The translations under genes and the position numbers were made by a program. From Parcubacteria bacterium DG_74_3 (lineage in GTDB: Bacteria > Patescibacteriota > Minisyncoccia > Minisyncoccales > DG-74-3), in contig LJNG01000014.1 of NCBI GenBank assembly GCA_001302985.1, positions 1 to 16,601 on the forward strand: a stretch of DNA of 16,601 nucleotides, read 5' to 3'. Position 1 is the stretch's first letter. Every line of letters starts with the position of its first letter. This document shows positions 6,824 to 13,581 of the stretch, piece after piece. The notes under the pieces are model-generated. The model worked only from the letters and a program-made list of their open reading frames with translations. It did no database searches and had not been told where the DNA came from.

Positions 6824-8049
6824 TTTTTTTGTTTGGTTTTTGATTTTTTTGCTGGAGGTTGCTTCTTTTTTGTTTTTTCTTTCTTCCCCACTTCTTCCTC
6901 TTTGATTTCTTCTTCCTCTCCTTTTGCTTCTGTACTTCTAACATCAATTTTCCAGCCGGTTAGTTTAGCTGCCAGCCTAACATTCTGTCCATCTTTGCCA
7001 ATAGCTAAAGATAACTGTTCTTCGGGAACAATACAGAGAGCCTTGTTTTTCGGTAAAATTTTAACCTCCAATACTTTAGCTGGAGAAAGGGCATTGGCAA
7101 TAAATTTCTCTGGGTCTTCTGACCATTCAATAATATCAATTTTCTCTCCACCCAATTCATTAATAACCGCCATCACTCGAGTTCCCCTTTGACCAACAGC
7201 TGCTCCAATGGGGTCGATTCCCTCGACATCAGAAAAAACTGCAATTTTTGTCCGGGATCCTGCTTCTCGAGCAATTGCTTTTATCTGAACCTGACCTGAA
7301 GAAATTTCCGGCACTTCTAGCTCAAAAAGTTTAGAAATCAATTTGGGATAGGCTCTGGATAAAAAGATTCTTGGTCCTTTAGGCGTTTCTTCTACTTTTA
7401 AAACATAAAGTTTCAATCTTTGGCCCGGTCGGTAAAACTCTCCAGGAACCTGCTCTTCTCTTGGTAAAATTGCCAGGGTTTTACCGATATTAAAGTAGAT
7501 ATTTCTACCTTCAATCCTTTGTAAAATTCCAGAAATAATTTCTCCCTCCTTTCTTTTATATTCCCCGAAAATGCTTTCTCTTTCTGCTTCTTTTAATCTT
7601 TGCATTATTACCTGTTTGGCAGTTTGGGCAGCAATTCGACCATAATCTTTCTCAGTCTTAAGGGGAATTTTTAATTCTTCCCCGACCTGAATTTTTTTAT
7701 TAATCTTTCTGGCTTCTTTGATTAGAATGTGTTTTTCGGGATTAAAACGGATCTTTTTTTCTTCCTCTTTTTCTTCTCCTTCTTCTTGAGTTCTTTTTTC
7801 TTTTAGCGCCAGAAGTTCTTCTTCAGAGTAAATCATGCTTTCATCCACCGCCTCCTGAATCTGCCAAAATTTAACCTCGCCCGAATTTAAATCGAGTTCG
7901 GCTCGGATTATTTGTCCCCTTTTTCCGTATTCTTTTTTATAGGCAGCAGCTATTGCTTGCTCAATGGTCTCTAAAACTTTTTCTTGGGGGATTCCCTTTT
8001 CTTCAGCAATTTGAGCAATAGCTGAGCTAAATGTCTTTAAATCCTCCAT
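6820..8049 (-). CDS. nusA: Transcription termination/antitermination factor NusA (bacterial type)
   Basis: NusA_N (IAQIAEEKGIPQEKVLETIEQAIAAAYKK), an S1 domain (GEIISGILQRIEGRNIYFNIG) and two KH domains (RTKIAVFSDVEGIDPIGAAVGQRGTRV; LSLAIGKDGQNVRLAAKLTGWKIDV). It has a Lys/Glu-rich C-terminal tail and an acidic insertion near residue 85-105. Its stop overlaps the ppaC ATG (ATGA). Confidence 0.9.
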   Translation of the reverse strand: MEDLKTFSSAIAQIAEEKGIPQEKVLETIEQAIAAAYKKEYGKRGQIIRAELDLNSGEVKFWQIQEAVDESMIYSEEELLALKEKRTQEEGEEKEEEKKIRFNPEKHILIKEARKINKKIQVGEELKIPLKTEKDYGRIAAQTAKQVIMQRLKEAERESIFGEYKRKEGEIISGILQRIEGRNIYFNIGKTLAILPREEQVPGEFYRPGQRLKLYVLKVEETPKGPRIFLSRAYPKLISKLFELEVPEISSGQVQIKAIAREAGSRTKIAVFSDVEGIDPIGAAVGQRGTRVMAVINELGGEKIDIIEWSEDPEKFIANALSPAKVLEVKILPKNKALCIVPEEQLSLAIGKDGQNVRLAAKLTGWKIDVRSTEAKGEEEEIKEEEVGKKEKTKKKQPPAKKSKTKQKK

Positions 8050-8069
8050 AGTGTTTTCTTAAATAAAAT

Positions 8070-8089
8070 GTCCGTTGTTGAAAGCGGAC
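8070..8089 (-). terminator. Candidate hairpin terminator/attenuator between plsY-like gene 1 and nusA
   Basis: gtccg-N10-cggac (5-bp stem). On the minus strand it is followed by AUUUUAUUU, and the plus-strand side is also T-rich. Confidence 0.35.
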
Positions 8090-8110
8090 TAATTTTATTT
8101 TAATTGAGAT

Positions 8111-8776
8111 TTAACTTTCTGTCAAGCGACTAAATATTTTTTTTATTCTTAACTCTAAAGCGGGCTTATCATCATCAAACAATAAGCGATTTCTAATTAA
8201 AGAACTTTTCTCTTGAGACTTTTTAATTTCTTCGATGGGGCTTAATCTTTTAATAAAAATCGGAGCCAAAGAAATAATTGAAAAAAGACCGACTGTTTCC
8301 CATTGGTTAAAAGAAGCAGAAAGGATTATAGCTAATACCAGAAACAAAATTGTTCCGATAGAGAGGTTCCAGATAAGACCCAAAAGAACAAAAGGAATCA
8401 AAGAATAAGCTAAAATTCTGGGCGAGAGTGCTAAAAAAGCACCAATAAAAGTTCCGATTCCTCTTCCACCAGCTCCTTTTAAAAAGCACGACCAATTATG
8501 ACCGGTCACAGCTGCTACCCCGGCCATTGCCTGAATTTCGGGTTTTAAACCTAGATTTTGAACTAATTTAACAGCCAAAAAACCCTTACCCACATCTAAA
8601 ACTCCGGTTAAAACCCCTTGCCAGATTCCAATATTTTTAAAAACATTTGAGCCTGAAGTTTTCCGCCAGCCTATTTCTAAGATATTTTTTCGGGTCGAAA
8701 GCTTAGTAACTATATAGCCCGAAGGGAAAGAACCCAAAATATAAGATATTATTAAAAATAAAATCGATTTAATCAT
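8111..8776 (-). CDS. plsY: PlsY-family (acyl-phosphate:glycerol-3-phosphate acyltransferase-like) membrane protein, divergent paralogue 1
   Basis: The N-terminus YILGSFPSGYIVTK matches the PlsY start. It also has LDVGKGFLAV and GHNWSCFLKGAGGRGIGTFIGAF (PlsY GHxFPxFLxFKGGKGVAT box) and is polytopic. Motif 1 reads TSGSNVFKNIG instead of GSGNxGATN. Confidence 0.7.
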   Translation of the reverse strand: MIKSILFLIISYILGSFPSGYIVTKLSTRKNILEIGWRKTSGSNVFKNIGIWQGVLTGVLDVGKGFLAVKLVQNLGLKPEIQAMAGVAAVTGHNWSCFLKGAGGRGIGTFIGAFLALSPRILAYSLIPFVLLGLIWNLSIGTILFLVLAIILSASFNQWETVGLFSIISLAPIFIKRLSPIEEIKKSQEKSSLIRNRLLFDDDKPALELRIKKIFSRLTES

Positions 8777-8864
8777 AAAATAGGTGGTCTGCGATTTTCG
8801 ATTGTTTAGTTGATTATTGTCTCGAGCAAGGAGTAGACATTATCAGCAAGCAAACCAATGTTTA

Positions 8865-9653
8865 TCATTGTTTTTTATATTTTTTTACTTTTTCTTTTCC
8901 TCTTTCTTTCATTATTTTCACAAAGTCAGCTACTAATTTTTTAACATCTTTTATCTTTTCAGCAGCTGTGCCCACCTGAATACAATCTGCCCCTGCCTCT
9001 ATTATTTTCCCTGCTTGCTCTGGCGTTTTTACACCTCCACCAACTACGTAGGGGATGTCAATAGCTGCTCTAACAGTAGCCACCATTTCAGTAGGAACGG
9101 GGGCAAAGGCATTAGAGCCTGCATCTGTAAAAATCAGACGTTTTCCGGAAAATTGTCCGGCAAGAGCCAGGGCAGCTGCAATTTTAGGTCTGTTCCTTGG
9201 AACCAAATTAGCATCTCCCACCCAACCTGCTGTGCCTCCGGGTTCCACTAAAATATAGCCCATGGGTAGGGGTTCTACTCCTAGTTTTTTAATTAAAGGT
9301 GCTGAAAGTGTTTGGGCTTGAGAAATCCAGTAAGGATTTCTTGAGTTAAGTAGGGTCATAAAGAAGATGGCATCAGCAAAGGGAGAAATAGTGGCAATAT
9401 TACCAGGAAACAAAGTAATGGGAAGCCTTACCTTAGCTTTAATTCCTTTGATAACCTTGTCCAAAAGCTCACCCTGAGCTTCGGTACTACCCCCAACTGC
9501 AATAATGTCAGCTCCACCAAGTTGGGCAGCATAAGCTGTTTCAATGGCTGCTTTAATTGAAGGATGGTCGCAAGGGTCAATCACAATTGACAAAAGAGCG
9601 CCTTCTTTCTTAATTTTTTCCCTAATATAAAGTTCAACTTTTCCTGTTTTCAT
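8865..9653 (-). CDS. Geranylgeranylglyceryl phosphate synthase (GGGPS / PcrB family TIM-barrel prenyltransferase)
   Basis: IDPCD, IIAVGGST, LFPGN, LNSRNPYWI, GYILVEPGGTAG, FTDAGSNA and VVGGGVKTPEQA occur in the order and spacing of the GGGPS/PcrB family. The long form with the NPYW segment resembles group II enzymes. The start lies 2 nt after the GGPP synthase stop. Confidence 0.85.
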   Translation of the reverse strand: MKTGKVELYIREKIKKEGALLSIVIDPCDHPSIKAAIETAYAAQLGGADIIAVGGSTEAQGELLDKVIKGIKAKVRLPITLFPGNIATISPFADAIFFMTLLNSRNPYWISQAQTLSAPLIKKLGVEPLPMGYILVEPGGTAGWVGDANLVPRNRPKIAAALALAGQFSGKRLIFTDAGSNAFAPVPTEMVATVRAAIDIPYVVGGGVKTPEQAGKIIEAGADCIQVGTAAEKIKDVKKLVADFVKIMKERGKEKVKKYKKQ

Positions 9654-9655
9654 AT

Positions 9656-10738
9656 TTATACTTTTCTTTCAATTAAATAATTAACAAATTCTCTTAACCT
9701 TTCTTTGGCTGGAGAAGCGGTAAGTAGCCCATCTGCTTCTTGCCAGGCTTCTTGCATAATTTTTTGAGCTACTTTTTGGGCATACTCAACACTACCATAT
9801 TTTTGGATTATTTCTATTGCCTCTCTTTTCTCTTCGGAATCATCAGTATGTTTATTTAATATCTCAACTAATCTCTTTTTATCATCGGGGGTGGCTTGCT
9901 TTAAAGTATGAATAACCATTAAGGTTCTTTTTCCTTCTTTTATGTCATTGCCAAAGACCTTGCCAAACTTTTCTCGTTCTTCCCCTGTTAGGGTTATGTC
10001 TAAAATATCGTCTTGAATTTGAAAGCCGACTCCCATGGCTTCTGCCACTTTACCTGCAGCTTCTGCCAATTCCTTGCTGGCCCCAGAAAGTATTACTGCT
10101 AATTTAGCTGACATTCGAGACAGACATCCTGTTTTGTAAGCACACATTTGGAGATATTCTTCTTCACTTATTTCTTGGGCCTTGCCTTTGTGCCAGTAAA
10201 TATCTGTTCCCTGACCAAAACCTAAGTTTATCATTTCTTGAACATAGGCTTCATAGGCTCTAATTAGAATCTCTGTCTTGAACTTATCTTTATTTTTGAT
10301 GAGGGCTAAAAGAGGGAAAAAGTACATAAAGTTGCCGGCATTTAAAGCAATGTCGATTCCAAAAATTTTGTGTAAAACAGGTTTTCCTCTTCTCAGCTCT
10401 CCTTCGTCTTCGATGTCGTCTATAATAATGGTTCCATTGTGAATTAACTCTGGCACAACCACTATATCTCTCGCTTTTTCAAGATTCCCACCAACAGCTT
10501 CGGTGATTAATAGGAATAGGATTGGTCTCCATCTTTTCCCGCCCCGACCAATAAAATCCCAGATGGGTTTAATTAAAGCTCTGTCTGCTGCTTCAAAACT
10601 ATAAGCATACCTGGGTTTTCCAAAAGTAAACTCCAGCCATTCTTTAGTTGCTTCCTTGGGAAGATATTTTTCAATAATCTCATCAACTTCGGGCTTTAAT
10701 TTTTCTAAATATTCTTCAAATTTTTCTTTTTTTATCAT
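9656..10738 (-). CDS. Polyprenyl diphosphate synthase, probable geranylgeranyl diphosphate (GGPP) synthase
   Basis: The first Asp-rich motif is in LIHNGTIIIDDIEDEGELRRGKP and the second in GFQIQDDILD. The HNxxxxIDDIEDxxxLRRGxP block closely resembles the type III (eukaryote/archaeal-like) GGPPS signature. Chain length is inferred, not proven. Confidence 0.8.
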   Translation of the reverse strand: MIKKEKFEEYLEKLKPEVDEIIEKYLPKEATKEWLEFTFGKPRYAYSFEAADRALIKPIWDFIGRGGKRWRPILFLLITEAVGGNLEKARDIVVVPELIHNGTIIIDDIEDEGELRRGKPVLHKIFGIDIALNAGNFMYFFPLLALIKNKDKFKTEILIRAYEAYVQEMINLGFGQGTDIYWHKGKAQEISEEEYLQMCAYKTGCLSRMSAKLAVILSGASKELAEAAGKVAEAMGVGFQIQDDILDITLTGEEREKFGKVFGNDIKEGKRTLMVIHTLKQATPDDKKRLVEILNKHTDDSEEKREAIEIIQKYGSVEYAQKVAQKIMQEAWQEADGLLTASPAKERLREFVNYLIERKV

Positions 10739-10767
10739 TTTGGGTGTGAAAACTGGTTTTACTACTA

Positions 10768-10797
10768 TTAATGTTGACTTCTTATTTCAATTATAAT
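10768..10797 (+). promoter_or_regulatory. Candidate sigma70-type promoter for the DGGGP synthase gene. Its -10 overlaps a minus-strand TATAAT that could serve the GGPP synthase operon.
   Basis: A perfect TATAAT lies at 10792-10797, with a weak -35 TTAATG 18 nt upstream. A better TTGACT at 10774-10779 is only 12 nt away. The reverse strand reads TATAAT at 10795-10790. The assignment rests on sequence alone. Confidence 0.3.
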
Positions 10798-10826
10798 ATA
10801 TTGGGTGCGTTTGTGTTTATAGCTTG

Positions 10827-10892
10827 ACCCAGCACCTTATGCTACAATAACAATACCTAATAAGGGTTTTATGCGCAATCTCGGTGCTGGGT
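10827..10892. promoter_or_regulatory. 10-bp perfect inverted repeat (acccagcacc ... ggtgctgggt) enclosing 46 nt, in the divergent intergenic region
   Basis: 10827-10836 is the exact reverse complement of 10883-10892, and on the plus strand it is followed by tttattgtaattt. It is either a leader RNA stem-loop in the 5' UTR of the DGGGP synthase gene or a protein operator. Confidence 0.4.
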
Positions 10893-10935
10893 TTATTGTA
10901 ATTTCGGGCGTTTTATTCAATTATACAATAATAAC

Positions 10936-11736
10936 ATGAATCCTTTTTTTGAAATAATTCGTCCCATTACTTCCTTGGTTGCGGCTCTCGGCGCTGTTGT
11001 CGGGGCTATAATTTCAGGGGTCTCTGACCCTATTTTGCTTTTTTATGCCTTCCTGGCTGTTTTTACTATTACCGGGGCTGGAATGATTCTTAATGATTAT
11101 TATGATTTAGAGATTGATAAAATTAATGCTCCCCAGAGACCCTTACCCTCGGGCCAAATATTCCCTAGAGATGCTTTATCTTATAGTTCCTGGTTATTCA
11201 TTGTGAGCATTTTTTTTGCGGCCCTCATCAATAGTTATTGTCTGGCTTTAGCTCTCGTCAATGCTGTCCTCGAATATTTATATTCTAAGCACCTTAAACG
11301 AACTTTCTTGTTGGGTAATATAATAGTCAGTTGGTTTACGGCTTCTACTTTTATTTTCGGAGGCCTCATCACTTTAGATTTCAGCATTGTAAAGATTATT
11401 GCCCCCCTAGCTTTCCTGGCTAATATGGGAAGAGAAATTTTCAAGACAATTGAAGATATAAAAGGAGATAAAAAATTGAAACTAGACACTCTCCCAATAG
11501 CTGTGGGAATTGATTCGGCCAGAGAGATAGCCCAAGGATTTATTGCTTCGGCCATCTTATTATCTCCTCTTCCCTATTTTTCCGGGCTTCTTAATTCTAT
11601 TTATCTAAGGGTTGTTTCAATTAGCAATGCTCTATTTTTATATTCCCTCTCCCAAACACCAACTCAAATTAAGAGAATTACTAAGCTGGCCATGCTCATT
11701 GTTCTTTTAGCGTTTTTACTTGGTAGGTCTTTTTAA
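10936..11736 (+). CDS. UbiA-family prenyltransferase, probable digeranylgeranylglyceryl phosphate (DGGGP) synthase
   Basis: LNDYYDLEIDKINAPQRPLPSGQI (NDxxDxxxD followed by RPxPSG, as in archaeal DGGGPS), a second Asp motif in IEDIKGDKK, about 8 TM segments and a short 266-aa length. It lies between the GGGPS/GGPPS and GGR genes. It is the only plus-strand CDS in the window. Confidence 0.75.
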   Translation: MNPFFEIIRPITSLVAALGAVVGAIISGVSDPILLFYAFLAVFTITGAGMILNDYYDLEIDKINAPQRPLPSGQIFPRDALSYSSWLFIVSIFFAALINSYCLALALVNAVLEYLYSKHLKRTFLLGNIIVSWFTASTFIFGGLITLDFSIVKIIAPLAFLANMGREIFKTIEDIKGDKKLKLDTLPIAVGIDSAREIAQGFIASAILLSPLPYFSGLLNSIYLRVVSISNALFLYSLSQTPTQIKRITKLAMLIVLLAFLLGRSF

Positions 11737-11760
11737 TCTTTTAAAAGGTCCCGCTTTTTC

Positions 11761-11785
11761 AACGCTTTCAAAGAGCGTTTTTTTT
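11761..11785 (+). terminator. Rho-independent terminator after the DGGGP synthase gene, at the convergent junction with the reductase gene
   Basis: aacgct-ttcaaag-agcgtt (6-bp stem, 7-nt loop) followed by a run of T's (8 consecutive including the 2 stem bases, 11778-11785). It abuts the TAA of the minus-strand reductase gene. Confidence 0.6.
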
Positions 11786-12905
11786 AACCGAAACTAGCCG
11801 TGTTCTTTTCTAAAATCAGAAAAAGCTTAGCAAGTCGGAAAAAATTTTTTCTTAATTGATCCTTAGATAGTAACCCGAAAACTCCTGGAAAAGTTTTAAG
11901 ATAAAAAACATCTTTATTTTCCAAAATTTCAGCTAATTGGTTTAAAACGGAATTGGGAAAAGAATATAATATTTTTTGAGCTACTAATAAGTCTGTGCTA
12001 AAGGGAGGCATTGATTTAATTTTTCTTTCGTAAAGATGGGGGGTGTTAGAGAGAATACATTCAGCAGCCACTCTTCCGGAAATCATGGCATTTATCATTC
12101 CTCCTCCCAAAACTGGATCAACGAGGCTACCGGCATCGCCTGTTAAGAAAGCATTGTCTTTAAAAAGAGTCATTTTTGCTCCTCCCCAGGATATAGTCCC
12201 GCTTATATTTTTTAAGAGCTTATAATTTCCATAATTTGGCTTGACCTGATTTTCCATAAAGTATTGGAATCTTTCAATAAGATTGCCCTTGCCGCCCAAT
12301 CCAATATTGGCGGTTTTTTTAGATTTGGGAAATATCCACACATAACCATCAGGAAACTTTTCTTTGTCAAAGTATATTTGAATCACCGAGTCATCGATCT
12401 CTCTTTCTAATTCGACTAAATATTCAAAAGTAGATAAAATTTCCGGTTTTTCTCCAAAAACTCTTCTTCTGACAATCGAGAGGGGTCCGTCAGCCCCGAT
12501 TAAATATCGGGATTGAAAGGCTTTTCCTTCATTTGTTGTTACCTTCCAGATATCGCCCCTCCTTTCTAAATTAACCACCCGTGTTTCTAGTTGAATTTTA
12601 GCTTGAACTTTTTTTGCCAAACACTTCTCAAAACCAATTCTATCTATTACAAAACCTATTTTTTCTCCTTTAATCGTAATTGGTTTTCCTGATGGAACAA
12701 ATACTTTTACCGTGTTAATAACGGTTGAAATCCAAGCAGGATTAGGAGAAATCCCTTCTTTTTCTAGGGATTCTTTGCTTATGCCTTCGGCACATTGAAC
12801 GGGTTTTCCAATCTCTTTTTTCTGGTCCAAAATCAAACAATTTTTTAAGTGTCTTCCGGCAGATAAGCCTGCGGGTCCTGCTCCGATAATAATAGTTTCT
12901 AACAT
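11784..12905 (-). CDS. Geranylgeranyl reductase family flavoprotein (digeranylgeranylglycerophospholipid reductase-like)
   Basis: FAD-binding IIIGAGPAGLSAG, a catalytic-Cys region VQCAEGIS (compare xCGEGxS in archaeal GGR), GADGPLSIVRR and LTGDAGSLVDPVLGGGMINAMISG. The length of 373 aa fits. Confidence 0.8.
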   Translation of the reverse strand: MLETIIIGAGPAGLSAGRHLKNCLILDQKKEIGKPVQCAEGISKESLEKEGISPNPAWISTVINTVKVFVPSGKPITIKGEKIGFVIDRIGFEKCLAKKVQAKIQLETRVVNLERRGDIWKVTTNEGKAFQSRYLIGADGPLSIVRRRVFGEKPEILSTFEYLVELEREIDDSVIQIYFDKEKFPDGYVWIFPKSKKTANIGLGGKGNLIERFQYFMENQVKPNYGNYKLLKNISGTISWGGAKMTLFKDNAFLTGDAGSLVDPVLGGGMINAMISGRVAAECILSNTPHLYERKIKSMPPFSTDLLVAQKILYSFPNSVLNQLAEILENKDVFYLKTFPGVFGLLSKDQLRKNFFRLAKLFLILEKNTASFG

Positions 12906-12914
12906 AAAACAAAT

Positions 12915-13559
12915 TTAGGATTGGTTAATTGTTTTCTTTTTCCAATACCACTTGGGTCTTTCTCCATAAAGAGCCGAGGGAAAGTGGGGCCACTGTTTTA
13001 CGAAAATTGGAAGGGTCATTAACAAACAAGCTAAAAAATATTTTTTGTCCAAATAAAAACCTATAAGGGGGAGAAAAATATTTCCTATAAATTGACCGAA
13101 AAAGAAAATCTGGGTAGTCAAAATAAACAAAATAGCTATCCCTGCCCAGGGTAAAAGCAACCACTGAAAATTTAAGACGGCTAACACCCCTATTAAAGAG
13201 GCCTGGGCTTTTCCCCCCGAAAAGCGTCCTTCTTTCAGTTTAAAGTAGATGGAAAAACAATGACCCAATATTACGCCAAAGGCAGCAAGACTGGTTGCCC
13301 ATAAAATATTGTAATTTAAAAAAGAAAGCTTCTGAGGAAGAAAAACGGCTAGTGCTCCCTTTCCGATATCAACCATCGCTGTCAAAATAAAGAGAAGTGG
13401 TTTGCCTGTAGTTCGCATTACATTAAGAGCACCGACATTTTTGGATTCTTCTTTTCTAATGTCTTTACCGGTGAATTTTTTAGTTACCAAGAACGCGGTG
13501 GGGAAAGAACCCAAAAGATAGGCGATTACGAAGAATGTGATTGGATATAAGAAAGTCAT
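12915..13559 (-). CDS. plsY: PlsY-family acyltransferase-like membrane protein, divergent paralogue 2
   Basis: AYLLGSFPTAFLVTKKFTGKDIRKEESKNVGALNVMRTTG aligns to the PlsY N-terminus and motif 1 (GSGNxGATNVxRxxG), with Gly->Glu, Gly->Lys and Thr->Leu substitutions. It also has VDIGKGALAV. GHCFSIYFKLKEGRFSGGKAQAS matches the PlsY His/GGKG box with a 6-aa insertion. Confidence 0.7.
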   Translation of the reverse strand: MTFLYPITFFVIAYLLGSFPTAFLVTKKFTGKDIRKEESKNVGALNVMRTTGKPLLFILTAMVDIGKGALAVFLPQKLSFLNYNILWATSLAAFGVILGHCFSIYFKLKEGRFSGGKAQASLIGVLAVLNFQWLLLPWAGIAILFILTTQIFFFGQFIGNIFLPLIGFYLDKKYFLACLLMTLPIFVKQWPHFPSALYGERPKWYWKKKTINQS

Positions 13560-13581
13560 TCGTGTCTAATAGATAAATTTT

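Noticed and set aside
5870-8867. Alternative genetic code with TGA recoded, as in some candidate phyla.
   Set aside because: TGA terminates ppaC, nusA and the GGGPS gene at lengths typical for their families. No in-frame TGA interrupts any recognisable domain, so the standard bacterial code fits.
10936-11736. Assigning the UbiA-family ORF to quinone or heme prenyltransferases (MenA, UbiA, CtaB).
   Set aside because: The short length and the NDYYDLEIDKIN-x3-RPLPSG block favour DGGGP synthase. So does its position between the GGGPS/GGPPS genes and a geranylgeranyl reductase. The alternative still needs a phylogeny to be formally excluded.
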